From positions 105,402,001-105,466,000 of the forward strand of contig NC_086097.1 of assembly GCF_963921235.1 (NCBI RefSeq): DNA of 64,000 nucleotides. The letters are read 5' to 3'. The notes under the pieces were generated by a model. It saw only the letters and a list, made by a program, of their open reading frames with translations. It was not told where the DNA came from and made no database searches. This document shows positions 12,464-25,290 of the stretch, one piece after another (the first letter of the stretch is position 1; every line of letters begins with the position of its first letter). The translations under genes were made by a program, and so were the position numbers. The DNA is from Mobula hypostoma (taxonomy: Eukaryota).

Positions 12464-13815
12464 CAGTGGGTTCTGGTTAATTGGGGTAGCCACTTATCTG
12501 GAACACTATGCCACTTAATTGGAACAGGTTATGGTCGTTGAACTGTTTCTAACTAGCATCTGTTACATGCACTTGTGTGGCTGTTAGAAACCAGACTCTG
12601 CTTGGAGCAAACAGTTTTTAGATAGCATCAGTTCCATGTGTCTGTGTTCAAAAAGCAGGAATTTATGTCACGGATTCAGCAGCAAAACAATTCAGAGCTG
12701 TTTTGCTCACTGTGTTCCAAGCATTCAGGCTCAGATGCCAGGACCGGCCAGGAGTGAAGATGAAGCGATTTCACTACCTCAGCAAGTTAGGGTCGAATTT
12801 GAAGGTATCAACAATCATCCTGAATATGAATATGAAGATTTGGAACTTGTGGTCATCAAAATCTTTGTATGAAGGCAGTTCATTATCTGCACTATGTGCT
12901 GATTTTGTTCATTTGCAGTCATCAAAAGAACATGGCAGCATACACCAGATAAATTCCTCAGTGTATAATACACAGTTTTATAGTGCTATATTAGTATTAG
13001 TAGTTGTAAGGGAAGAGTTAAATGTGATTCCTCTTTGATATGTGCTAAAATGGAAGTCTGTAAGACAAAATGGCGTTAGCTTGGAGTGAGATTGTTTTGA
13101 GAAAGTATGAGAGAACCAGTCCACAGTAAGTTTTGAGAAAGTTAAAGGAAATACAAGTCTGCAGCCACAATAGTGGAAAATGGTGAAGAACTTGTTTGTC
13201 TGGGCTGAAGGTTGTAAGATGATAAGGGGGTGCAGCTGGTACCACTGTGCTGGAAAAGTACTAGTTAAGCGGTTTGAAGGGTATAAAAGGGGCACTTTTT
13301 TGTGCAAGTGGGAGGGTTTTATCTGAGGCTAGGTCACAGCTAGTGCTAGTGCTAAGAAGATATGGACATGTACATCGAGTCAAAGTTAGAGAGAAGGGGA
13401 GAGAAAAAACAACACAGGCTTGTCGGATCTATGGCTGCTCTCTGATATTGCAGAGATAGGCTTGCTCAGTGAATGATAAATATTATATTGATTTCTGTAC
13501 CGCTTCTACTGATTTTCTTTCTGTATTGCACTTGTGCTGGTTCTAATAAAGTTTTCTTGTAGTTTGACGTGCAGTATTTGCAAATGCATATTTGAATAGC
13601 CTGAGCTGAATAAGAAAAGAACATAGAACAGATTTTTAAATTACAGTTGTGTTCTAATTTGTGTATTTCATTTAAATACATAATTTGTTACTCAGGTAAA
13701 AGGTAATTTCTCTTTTCTGTATCATTTTAACTATTTCCATGATACTTTGGCTAATTCACTTAATTCAGCCAAAACATACTGGTGTCGATGTGTCCCAATT
13801 AACCAGAATCCACTG
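12464..13815. mobile_element. Tigger/pogo-like (Tc1/mariner) non-autonomous DNA element with nested LTR
   Basis: TIRs CAGTGGGTTCTGGTTAATTGGG / CCCAATTAACCAGAATCCACTG, preceded by TA; related copy at 46062-46844. Confidence 0.7.
13005..13645 (+). mobile_element. Solo LTR inside the Tigger-like element
   Basis: TGTAA...TTACA termini; near-TSD GTAGT/GTTGT; internal TATAAAA (~13283) and AATAAA (~13545); absent from the 46-kb copy. Confidence 0.7.
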
Positions 13816-14181
13816 CATTCACTACAAGTGGGCATGCTAGTTTGTGAAGTTCAATAACAATGGATGTGGAAGAACCAGTGGATGTAGTTCAGGAAGACTT
13901 TGTTGAGGTGAGTCTATTAAACAATTTTCACACACACAGGATGTAAAATAATATACCAGATTTATGGATATTTAAAGAATCGGGAGATCTGAGATTAATG
14001 CAGGAAGATGGTGATGAGTCAAAAATCAGCCATGGCCTTGGTGGAGTAGGGTGAAGGGGCTGAATGCCTCATCAAGTGTTCTACTGCTGGCTGTGACTTT
14101 TGGGCATTGCAGATGCAAGATCTCGTCAAGAGGCGATGCATAGCACCAGATAATTAACGCGTTTCTTCGTTGCATTACCAG

Positions 14182-14314
14182 CTGAGAGATACAAGTGCCT
14201 CCAGCTGATGAACAACCACCTGGAGAAGATTGTGCAGGAGAAGATGATGCTGAAACAACGACTGGTGAAGCCTGTTCACCGTCAGTGCCTGCCTGTTGAA
14301 GCCAATTGTCACAA
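14182..14314 (+). CDS. HAUS2: HAUS2-like internal exon (133 nt)
   Basis: ttaccag|CT GAG...CAC AA|gtaagc; AERYKCLQLMNNHLEKIVQEKMMLKQRLVKPVHRQCLPVEANCH versus recalled human [44 protein letters not shown]. Confidence 0.9.
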
Positions 14315-14793
14315 GTAAGCTTTGGATCTTGCATCCTGGTATGTAAAGTATCACTAGGATGGTTTGGAGCATCTCAAAGGTGAAATCTGCTAATATCTCG
14401 ATATAAATGGATATATTTCATTTTGATTTTGTCCGGTGAGCATCACTGTATGTTCCACAGCTGGGGAATGGACTGACAGGAGGATAGTTTCCTGCTGCTG
14501 TTTGAGCATTGTAGTGCTTTACAGTATGCACTTCACCTCACTCTCCTCTCCTGAACACCTTGCATCCTGGTATATTTAATGTACAACCCAGTCCTTCAGA
14601 CGTTTTAGCCAAAACCCTGCATCTTCTAAATTAACTCTTTATTCATTGATCTGTCCATTGGAAAGAGTCTAAGAAAATTAAGATACTTTTTGACAAACCT
14701 TGGCTCACTAGGAAATACTCTGCCCTGAGTCAACAGATCAGAGTTTTAATCCCCTCAGACTCATTATTAGTCAATACAGTATCTGGGGAGTTA

Positions 14794-15288
14794 AGGCTGA
14801 TTTATACTTGTGCGTCAAATTGACGCTGTAGGTACGGCGTAGCCGAGAACCCTACGCAGTGCCTATGCGGATCCCTACACCATAGCCTGACGCGCACCTC
14901 TCCCAAAATGTAACTACACGTCGCGGCAACGCAGACCGCAACAACTGTGATTGTTCGCTAGGTAGCATCGCATTTCCTCCTATGCTGCAATAGCTTCCCA
15001 TTGGGCGACTGAAGGGCAGGGAAGGAAGTCTGGCTGCAATGCTTTCCATAAAGCTTTACAGACCTCCAAAATATGGAGGACACATTTCGCTTTTACGAAA
15101 AAAGACACTTGCTTTAAACTTGTTTACCCTGAGAAAGACAGCCATGACCATGAAGCCTTGCACGGGCTTGCATGATGTGCCTGAATTGAAGAGCGACGCA
15201 GACACACCAATGCACAAGTATAAATGCTCACAATGGCGTAGCCCACTTGCGTAGGCGCAAGCTAGTACACACAAGTATAAATAAGCCT
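14794..15288. mobile_element. PIF/Harbinger-type MITE (495 bp)
   Basis: 22-bp TIRs AGGCTGATTTATACTTGTGCGT / ACACACAAGTATAAATAAGCCT (2 mismatches); TTA TSD at 14791-14793 and 15289-15291. Confidence 0.8.
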
Positions 15289-16043
15289 TTACACAGCACA
15301 GAAACGGGCCCTTCAGCCCTTCAAATACCCACCTGTTCTAATCTCATTTGCCAGCACTTGTCAACAGCCTTCCATGTCTTGGTGCACTCATCTAGATACT
15401 AATTCAATGTCGTGAATCCTTTGTGTTCACCACCTCCTCTGACCTTGTTGTCCAAACCTCAACACAGGGGGGCGGGGAATGTTCTTCCTTATGTGCCATC
15501 TAAGCCATACTTCTTACCTTAAACCTGTGCCTGTCCTCTAGTTACAGATAACTCTACTGTAGTGAGAGGTTTATTATTGTTTACCCTACTTGTGCACCTC
15601 ATACTTGGTTAACCTCTATCAGGACCCCCGTGTTCTCCAAAGAATACAAACCTAGCACATCACTCCTCATAATTGGGACCCTATATCCCAGGCAACATCT
15701 TCTGCCTCTCAGTGCAACAATATCTTCCCTGCAGTTTGGCAACAGGAATTGGAGGGCACAGGTTTAAGGTGAGGGGGAGAGATTTAAAGGGGATCTGAGA
15801 GGCAACTTTTTACATGGGTAGTTTTAGACACAGTTACAATTACAATGGTACATGGATAGCAAAGGTTTAGAGGGATAGAGGCCAAATGTAGAGAAAATGG
15901 GACTGGCTTAGATGGCAATCATGGTTGTTATGGACAAATTGGGCAGTGGGCCAGTTTCTGTGTTGATTAGTATCTTTCTGTACCCTGTTCTTCCTCACTC
16001 CATAACACTCTGTATAAGTTTGCAACATGCAATCTCGTTCATT

Positions 16044-16325
16044 GGGGCACCACGGTAGTTACTGCAGTGCTTTTACAATTTGGGCCAGGGACGTAAGAGT
16101 TTGGAGTTCAATTCCAGTGCCATCTGTAACTCCCTCCCTTGATTGTAAAGGTTTCCTCTGGGTGCTCCTGTTTCCTCCCACCATCCGAAGATGTACCAGT
16201 TAGTGGGTTAATTGGTCATTGTACATTGGCCTGCCATTAGGCTGGGGTTAAATTGGGGGTTGCTGGGTGGTGCGGCTCAGTGGGCTGGAAAGGTGTGTTC
16301 TTCACTGTATCCCTAAATAAATAAA
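16044..16325 (+). mobile_element. V-SINE (HE1-like) tRNA-derived SINE
   Basis: B-box-like GGAGTTCAATTCC, V-domain-like GGTTTCCTCTGGGTGCTCCTGTTTCCTCCCAC, (TAAA)n tail. Related remnants at ~34383-34570 (+) and ~36320-36480 (-). Confidence 0.7.
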
Positions 16326-16499
16326 TTGTATATCTTAATGCCAATAATCAAGTCGTTAATGTATGTAACAACAATAAGGAAGTTAGTACCGTTTCTTATG
16401 GTACCCCACTGGTCACAGGCTCCCAATAAAAAGACCACTGTCAATGGATTTAGTCAGTGATATTGTCCTTCAGATAGGCATAAACTCAGGTCTTGCCCT

Positions 16500-18290
16500 C
16501 CAGCCCAAGTAAATGCTCATATAGTTATTGACAAGATTATCCCTCATCACCAAGATGGTAGAAGGACATCAACAGACTTTAGGACTTATTCCTCATTGGA
16601 GGGTTTTTATGCAGCTTCCATCAGGGATTGTGTTGCTGGGATCATACTGTGCACAAGTTACCTTTCTTCCATGGCAGTACATTGGTCTGGTATTCAGCAA
16701 GGTCCTGCATAGTAGGCGCATCCAGAAAATTAAGCTGTGTTGCATCTATGGTGACTTAACTGCTTGGATCCAAAATTGCCTTGTCAATAGAAAATAAAGA
16801 ATAACAGTGGATGGGTGGAGGTCTGTCTGCGGAGAAAACGTGGGGTTGGCAAGTAAGTTTGTAGATTGGTGGCATTGTGGATTCCACAGAAGGTTGCCAA
16901 AGGACATAGTGAGATATGGATCAGTTAAAGATATGGGCAGAGAACTGGCAAATAGCATTTAATACAAACAAGTGTGAGGTGCTGTACTTTGTTAAATCCA
17001 ATGTAAAGGGAATGTACACAGCTATTGGCAAGATCCGTAACGATGTTGATGAACAGAGGAATCTTGGTGTCCCTCGTTTGGTTCCCTGAAAGTAGTTGTA
17101 CAAGTCAGTAGACTGGTAAAGAAAGCATGCGGCATGTTTGTCAGTCGAGGCCGTCAAGTTGTGTTGCAGCTTTTTCACACTCTGCTTAAGCTACGTAAGA
17201 CATAGGAGCAGAATTTGACCGTTTGGCGCATTGAATCTGCTCTGCCATTCAATCATAGCTGATCCTTTTCCCCCTCCTCAGCCCGACTTCCCAGCCTTCT
17301 CCCTGTAACCTTTGATGCCGTGCCCAGTCAAGAACTTATGAAGCTCTGCCTCAAATACACCCAACGACGTGGCCTCCACAGCTGCCTGTGGCAACAAATT
17401 CCACAAATTCATAGCCGTCTGGCTAAAGAAATTTCTCTGCATCTCTGTTTTAATGAATGCCCCTTTATCCTGAGGCTGTGCCCTCTTGTCTGAAACTCTC
17501 CTACCATGTGAAACATCCTTTCCACATTTACTCTGTCTAGGCCTTTCAACATTTAAAGAGTTTCAGTGAGATCCCCCCCCATCCTTCTAAATTCCAGCAA
17601 GTACAGACCCAGAGCTATCAAACGTTCCTCATATGATAACCGTTTCATTCCCAGAATCATCCTTGTGAACCTCCTCTGAGCCTTCTCCAATGCCAGCACA
17701 TCCTTTCTTAGACGAGGAGCCCAAAGCTATTTACAGTTTTAAAGGTGAGGTCTCACCAGTGCCCTATAAAGCCTCAGCGTCTCATCTCTGCTATTGTATT
17801 CTAGACCTTGTGCTCGACATCCAGAGCACTGCAGTCATTTTTAGTTGCCACAAAATATAGGAAGGATGTGGATGCTTTGGAGAGAGTGCAGAGGAAGTTT
17901 ACCTGTATGGTACCCAGATTAGAAGGCATGTGGTATGAGGAGAGTAGATCCAGCTGAAGCTATTTTCTCTAGAGTGGCAGATATGATAAAAGTTCATAAA
18001 AAAAAAATTAGGTGAGGCAAAGTAGACAGCCAGGATTGGAATGTCTGTACTAGAGTACACATAATTAAGTTGAGATGGTTAAGTTTGAAGGAGATGTGCG
18101 AGGTAGGGTCCTGGGGTGGTAGTAGGGATAGGTAGCAGAGGAGCATTTAAGAGACCCCTAGATGGGCACATGAATATGCAGAAAAGGGAGGGATGTGGTC
18201 AATATACAGAGAAAAGGGATTAGATTAATTATGAGTCATTGTATTCAGCACAGCTTCGTGGCCTGTCCTGTGCTGAACTATTGAGTTCTA
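16500..18290. mobile_element. Old + strand CR1 remnant with a younger - strand CR1 3' end nested at ~17195-17810
   Basis: Degenerate RT and post-RT motifs on both strands. Confidence 0.65.
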
Positions 18291-18649
18291 TGTACAGCAG
18301 TGCACACATTTCGATTCAACTGAACTGAATTCTGGATAAGTTTAGGGTGAAGGGGTAAGAAATTCAGGGGGAATCTGCGGAGAAGTTTTTTCCCCCCAGA
18401 GGGTGGTTAGAATCTGGAGTGTACTGCCTGAGGCAGAGAGGCTCGTAACTTTTAAGAAGGTTCAGGTAAATGGGATTAGTGTAGATAGGTGCTTGATGGC
18501 CAGCATGAAAATAGTGGGCCGGAGGGCCTGTTTCTGTGCTATGTGAAAGGTCCCTGCCCACAGTCTTTAGCTATCAGTGATGTGCAGACACTCATTCTAC
18601 ACTTTCTAGTGCCTGCTTTCCATCGCCATTCGCCATTCCTTATTCTTAC

Positions 18650-18997
18650 TCTCTACTATTCCCCATTCTCACTCTCCCCTATTCACCTGTTTCCCATTCT
18701 CACTCTCCCCTATTCACCTGTTTCCCTTCCCATTCTCACTCTCCCGTATTCACCTATTCTTTATTCTCACTCTCCCCATTCACCTGTTTCCCATTCTCAC
18801 TCTCCCCATTCACCTGTTTCCCATTCTCACTCTCCCGTATTCACCTGTTCCCCATTCTCACTCTCCCGTATTCACCTGTTCCCCATTCTCACTCTCCCCT
18901 ATTCACCTGTTTCCCATTCTCACTCTCCCCTATTCACCTGTTTCCCATTCTCACTGTCCCCTTTTCACTTGTTCCCTATTCTCACTCTCCCCTATTC
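18650..18997. repeat. ~30-31-bp minisatellite (TTCACCTGTTTCCCATTCTCACTCTCCCCTA)n, about 11 units
   Basis: Directly visible tandem units. Confidence 0.9.
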
Positions 18998-19189
18998 AGC
19001 TGACCACTCCCTCAATTTCTTCCTGCAGCTTGTTTCCTCACTCATTTAGTGGAATATTTGCTGGAAGCCTCCTGATGACTCTCCCTATATCTATATCTCT
19101 ATCTCTCATCGAAGTAGGGAAGAGTATTGAGGTGTCCTCTCACTATAAACCACACTCAGGTTACCCATTAACATTTGATAATCCTGATA

Positions 19190-21220
19190 AAATCACAGAA
19201 CACCACAGCACAGAATCAGGCCCTTCAGCCCATCTAATCTGTGCTGAACTACTAATCTGCCTAGTCCCATTGACCTGCACTGAACTATAACCCTCCTATC
19301 CATGTATCTGTCTAAATTTCTCTTAAATGTTGAAATTGAACCTCCATCCACCACTTCTCCAGCAGCTTGTTCCATACTCTCACCACTCTGAGTGAAGAAG
19401 TTCCTCTTTGCATTCCCTCTAAACATTTCACCTTCAGCCTTAACCCATGACCTCCAGCTAGTTTCACCAAATTTCAGTGTAAGAAACCTATTCCAATTAC
19501 CCTGTCTATCTGCTCATAATTTTGAATGCATCTGTCAAATCTCTCCTGAATCTTCTACATTCTAGGGAATAAAGTTCTAAACCTATTCAATCTTTCCTTA
19601 TACCTCAGATCTTCCAGTCCTGGGAACATCCTTGTAAATTTTCTCTGTACTCTTTCAACCTTATTTATATCTTGCCTGTAGGTAGGTGACCAAAACTGCA
19701 CACAATACTCCAAATTAGACTTCACCAATGTCTTGTACAACTTCAGCATAACATCCCACCTCATGTACTCAATAACTTGATCTATGAAGGCAATGTGTCA
19801 AAAGCTTTCATTACAACCCTGTCTACCTGTGATGACAATTATAGACCTATATTCCCAGATCCTTTTGTTCTACCACACTCCTCAATGCCCTACCACTCAT
19901 TGTGTAAGACCCACCCTGGTTGGTTTTTCAAAGGTGCAACACCTCACACTTATCTGCATTAAATTCCCTCTACCATTTTTCAGCCCATTTTTCCAGAAGG
20001 TCCAATTCCCACAGCTAGCTTTGATAGTTTTCCTCATTGTCCACTACATCCCCATTCAAGACAGGAATTGCACCGCCTCAGATTGCAAGACCCTGCAGCG
20101 AATAGTGAGGTCAGCTGAGAAGATCATCAGGGTCTCTCTTCCCGCTATTACAGACATCTACACCACACGCTGCACCCGCAAAGCTAACAGTATTGTGAAG
20201 GACCCCACGTACCCCTCGCACAAACTCTTTTCCCTCCTGCCACCTGGTAAAAGGTACCAAAGCATTCGGGTTCTCACGACCAGACTGTGCAACAGTTTCT
20301 TCCCCCAAGCCATCAGACTCCTCAATGCTCAGAGTCTAGACTGACATCTACATCATTTGTTATTATATTGTAATTTGTCCTCGACTGTGCCTATTGTCTT
20401 GTTTATTAATTATTGTACTGCCCTGCACTGTTTTGTGCACTTTATGCAGTCCTGTGCAGGTCTGTAGACTAGTGCAGTTTTTATGTTGTTTTACATTGTC
20501 TAGTGTAGCCTTGTGCTGTCTCACTTAGCCTAGTGTAGTTTTGTGTTGTTTCATGTAGCACCATGGTCCTGGAGGAACTTTGTTTCATTTCTACTGTGTA
20601 CTGTACCGGCAGCTTATGGTCAAAATGACAATAAACTTGACTAACGTTGTTTCCAATATTCAAGTGTAAAGGAGAACAAAATAATTGTTACTCTGGATTT
20701 GATGCAGCACAAAATTTTTTTTTTTGTCTTCTGCAATTTTGGTGTCATCTGCAAATTTGCTGATACAGTTTACCCCATTATCATCCAAATTGTTGATATA
20801 GATGACAAAACAATGGACCTAATACTGATCCCTGCAGCACACCACTAATCACAGGCATTCAATCAGAGAGGTTAACCATCTACTACCACCTTCTGGCCTC
20901 TCCTGTGAAGCTAATGTCTAATCCAATTTACTACCTAATCTTGAATGCCATGTGAGTGAATGTTCTTGACCAACCTTCTGTGTGGAACATTGTCAAAAGC
21001 TTACTGAAATCCATGTGGACAACATCAACTTTCCTGGTAACTTCCTTGGTTAGATGTGACCTACCACACACAAAGCCATGTTGACAATCCCTAATCAGTC
21101 CCTAGCTATCCAAAACTAATACAGTATATCTGGTCCATTAGAATACCTTCCAATAACTTACCTATTACTGATGTCAGACTCACCAGCCTACAATTTATTG
21201 GCTTATTCTTAGAGCCTGTT
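19190..21220 (-). mobile_element. CR1 LINE (-) interrupted by a Rex1-like 3' fragment (+, ~20055-20640)
   Basis: LYKTLVKSNLEYCVQFWSP on -; LQRIVRSAEKIIRVSLP...RLCNSFFPQAIRLLN on +. Confidence 0.8.
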
Positions 21221-22226
21221 GAAGAAACTGTCTTGGAAAAGACTGTTCAGTTGAGTCTCGTTATGCAGTATTTTTATGGTCAATTTTCCCGTGTTGTGTG
21301 AGAAGCCTTGCTATAAAATGCCAGCAGACTATATGTATCTATGATCATTGTCCTTGGCCTCTCCAAAACTTCAGTAATCTTTCCTTTAACAAATCATGTT
21401 CTTCCTAAACAATGACTTGAGGAAGTCATTAGTAAATCACTTCTTTTCCCTGTATCCCCCAAAGTTGCTCTAACTGATGTCTACTTATTTTGTTGATGCC
21501 CTTTTTTCTTTACACAAAGAGCCACACTGGAAGTACCCTGGCATTACTGTCATAACCAGAGAGGACTGGACAGAGATGGGCTGAGCTTCCTCTTTAACTG
21601 TTGGATACACTTCACTCATACTGCCAGCATCTAATTTTAAATACAGCAGACCCTTTAGTGGTCACCTGATTTGATAATTTGCCCTTGACTACAGTGCCTA
21701 TGGAGATGCACTGTACCATAAAGACGGGTGCAAAGTTTTCATTAGGAACCAAATCCAGCTCATTCAGTGTACATACGTAGTTGACATTTTTTGCTCTTGA
21801 ATAGGCCTAGGTCCCTGTTTGTTCTTGCTCTTTTGTGTGTGTTTTGAAACCTCCGTAAGTTTACTTGACTTTGTTGCAAATATCTTGCATTCTTTTTTGC
21901 CTTCTTAACTTCCTTCTCCTTTGTACCATTTCCTATTTTATTACTCTGGGCATCCTGCCAAGTTGAGTTCTGCGTATCTAGCATCAGGTTTCCTATTGTA
22001 CTTCATCACACTTGGTTCCTCAACAGCCAGTAGGTAACACACTGGAGCATCCTAACTTTTATCTTAGTTGGAAAATATTTCATCTGATATCTCTCCCCCT
22101 TCCTCCCTCTCTCTCCCTTTCTCCCTGTAAAAGAGTTGAATTAACACTAGTTAAGACAAAGTCAGTAACAAACACCAAGACTTCTTTTTATGCTACATTT
22201 AACTCTTGTTCATCATATTCTCCTAG

Positions 22227-22335
22227 ACATGTCTCAGAGCTCCCCTCAAGGATGATTCAAGTAATTGAGGATCTTAGCCCTAATCTGCAGTTAATAAAAT
22301 CCATCCCTCTTTTGTCACAAAAAGTGAGGATAATG
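22227..22335 (+). CDS. HAUS2: HAUS2-like internal exon (109 nt)
   Basis: ctcctag|A CAT...ATA ATG|gtaagt; HVSELPSRMIQVIEDLSPNLQLIKSIPLLSQKVRIM; phase 2 to 0 fits its neighbours. Confidence 0.8.
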
Positions 22336-22781
22336 GTAAGTAACCTTCCAGGTATTTTGCAATGTTTCTTTCAGTTTCCCTATCCAATTCAACAGCATGA
22401 ATGAGATACAAAATATAGTCCAATCGCTATGTCCACTTTTGCCTCTCTGCCATCACTTTATTGTGCAGTAACTGACCTGGGGGAATTCTGTACACGGTAT
22501 AGAGGGAACTCTACTCTTACTAACCTGGAAGAACTTACACTGGTATAGAGGGAGCTCTGTATCTATCTGTACAGAATCTAATCTGGAAATGCTTATTTCC
22601 TGTTTCTCTTCCTCAGCAGAGGTATTTCATGTACTGTGGCTACTTGAGAAATATTCAGTACAAACACTGATGTGAGAAATAAATATTCTCCTTCCTGGCA
22701 CACAGCCATCCAAGTATGAGAAATAAATAGGTAATTCTGAACATGCTGTGTGTATGTAAAGCCTGTCTCTTGTACATTTAG

Positions 22782-22904
22782 GAAGATCTGATGAAGATGA
22801 TGGCCTCTGAGATACTGAAGCTGAAGGAAGTGATGGAATTTATTGTGAAATGGAGGGAGCAGCAGAAGAACATGAATTTGGAGTACCTGGACAGGAAAGA
22901 TTAA
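22782..22904 (+). CDS. HAUS2: HAUS2-like terminal coding exon (40 aa + TAA)
   Basis: catttag|GAA...GAT TAA; EDLMKMMASEILKLKEVMEFIVKWREQQKNMNLEYLDRKD*; KWREQQ corresponds to recalled human KWRKQQ. Confidence 0.8.
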   Translation, partial: EDLMKMMASEILKLKEVMEFIVKWREQQKNMNLEYLDRKD

Positions 22905-23537
22905 GTCCCTGGCTGGAATGGGACTTTCACCAGAGAAGCCAGCTGTTTGTGGAAAGAGATTTTAGATTTGAAGCTAGGAACTGCCAATGGATGAGTGCAG
23001 GGACAGACGTGAAAGGTGCTTGTGACTGGCTGACTACACAGCTGATGTTGGTTGTGGGAAGTGTCTGGCTCGACACTGGAAACCGTCAGTGCCATAGATG
23101 TGGACTTTTCACCCTTCCCAGTGTTTTGCCAGCGTTTGCCTCCTCTCACCAGATGCAAGCTGGTTGAGAGAGTACAGTTCTATGTACAGGTACTCTGACA
23201 CCAACCAGACAGATGCCAGATTGATCACTTTGCCACAAATACCCACCTGCTTGCTGTCCTTTGCCGGAAATGCAGTTTCTAGTAGAATCGCTGTCACAGC
23301 TACAAGTACACTCTGATTTCCTCCATAATCGTCCCAAGAATGGCCATCATCTGAAGAGGAACTTGGAACCTCCTGCTGTCCCTTTCTGTCACTACTCTGG
23401 TTTTCTCTGATCCTGGGTGGATTGGTATTGGTTCATTTGAGACAGACAAACTAGGATCAACCAGTGATGGTTATTTAATGACTGCCAAGGTTAGTTTTCA
23501 CGTTATCACAAATTGGCTGAGGTGTCGCACGTCTGGA

Positions 23538-23543
23538 AATAAA
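23538..23543 (+). terminator. Candidate HAUS2 polyadenylation signal
   Basis: First AATAAA I noticed, ~630 nt after the stop; not confirmed. Confidence 0.3.
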
Positions 23544-23726
23544 GTTTAGGATATTTTGCACCATTGAACATGTTTCAGGATTTACTATTTGTGTAACAAG
23601 TAGGAGCAATAACTGGGAGCAGAAGTGAGGCAGTTTTAATGCTGTATTTTGTGTAAGATCCCTGACCTGGAACAACCTCCCCTGCATACGCAAGCCTGTG
23701 TAGTGGCCTGGATAGGTGCAGCTGTG

Positions 23727-24187
23727 TGGGAGCAAACTAAGACAACGCAGAGTTGGTGTTTGAAATAACGGATGATTTATTTTTTAAAAAACTAGTGTGC
23801 AGCAGGAGACCAATCAAAGGGATCTACCCGAGAATGATTTTGGTACAGCTTTTACATTCTCAGTTGATGAAAATATCAGTAAAACTACATTTTGATAAGA
23901 GGAAGACATAAGTGATGGACTAAGTCCTGGTTACCAAATAAAATGATTACCCACAGGTCTAACCACAAAGACAAGTTTCTGTTACATCAATGGGTGCATA
24001 ATTAGTGAAGTTTCTGAAACTTGCTGCTGCATTTCATGTCTCTACTTCTAGAATTTGTCTGTGATTCCTTGACACCATAATAGCATAATCCACACCCCTA
24101 TCTGCTAGTTATTAGCCTTCACTATTCTTTCCTTTACAACAAGCTGTAATAAAGCTTCTTATATTCACTTCATCAAAAACATTTCCA
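23727..24187 (-). mobile_element. Solo LTR (461 bp) with 5-bp TSD
   Basis: TGGGA...TTCCA termini; CTGTG at 23722-23726 and 24188-24192; minus-strand AATAAA near 23776. Confidence 0.6.
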
Positions 24188-24788
24188 CTGTGGGAATGCC
24201 ACAATCTCCTCACAACAGCCTGACTTAGGCCAGGGAGCTACTTTTTTTCCAGTTTTGCTGGTCACTATCTTGGAACTCCCTCTAACACCACTGTGCAAGT
24301 ACCTTCATCTCAAGGGTTACTGTGGCTCATTGAAGAGCCACTGTATCCTCACCTGGGACAGTAATTGAGGTTTTCCTGCTCCGTGCCCTGGGAGCTCACG
24401 TATGTGAACAGTAAATGAGCTTCTACCCTGAGGAGCTTAGCACAGCACTTGTAATTAACTGTGGAAATTCTCAGGGATTGTCCTCAAAGAACCACTGCCT
24501 CCAAATTTGCATGAAATTCTTGACATTGCTTAAATATTTAGATTGCATATGTTACAGTCTTCATCCAGAGTCTATCATAAAATTTATACGTGGTGAATTA
24601 ATTTCTTAAGCATTTGACTAGTCACTGTTAATGACTGTGATTTGGAGATGGCAAAGTAGTTATCTTCTGTTTGCTTCAGTCATTGTCCACCCACACAGGT
24701 CTCTCACTGGAGAGCAGAATAGAACCAGAAAAATTAATCCAGAGTGTCATAGGAGCAGTCTCTATTTTGGCCCATATGTTGTGCCAAA

Positions 24789-25290
24789 CTAATTGTAGTA
24801 GTACTTGAGCAGTCTGATGGCCTGGTGGAAGAAGCTGGCCCGGAGCCTGTTAGTCCTGGCTTTTATGCTGCTGTACCATTTCCTGGATGGTAGCAGCTGG
24901 AACAGTTTGTGGTTGGGGTGACTCGAGTCCCCAATGATCCTTAGGGCTCTTTTTACACAACTGTCTTTGTAAGTGTCCTGAATAGAGGTAAGTTCATATC
25001 TACAGATGCGCTGGGCTGTCTGCACCACTCTCTGCAGAGTCCTGCGATTGAGGGAAGTACAGTTCCCACACCAGGCAGTGATGCAGCCAGTCAGGATGCT
25101 CTCACTCGTGCTCCTATAGAAAGTTCTCAGAACTTGTGGGCCCACACCAAACTTCTTCAACCATCTGAGATGAAAGAGGTACTGTTGTGCATTTTTCACC
25201 ACACAGCTGGTATGTACAGACCATGTGAGATCCTCGATGATGTTTATGCCGACGAACTTAAAGCTGTTCACCCTTTCAACCCCAGATCCA
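24789..25290 (-). mobile_element. Rex1/Babar-like LINE 3' fragment
   Basis: ORF 24789-25271: SFKFVGINI.EDLTWS...RLRASFFHQAIRLL. Confidence 0.85.

Noticed and set aside
16044..16120. tRNA gene
   Set aside because: Only a B-box-like motif at the head of a SINE; no cloverleaf.
18489..19049. 186-aa His/Ser/Pro-rich ORF
   Set aside because: Translation of the ~31-bp minisatellite.
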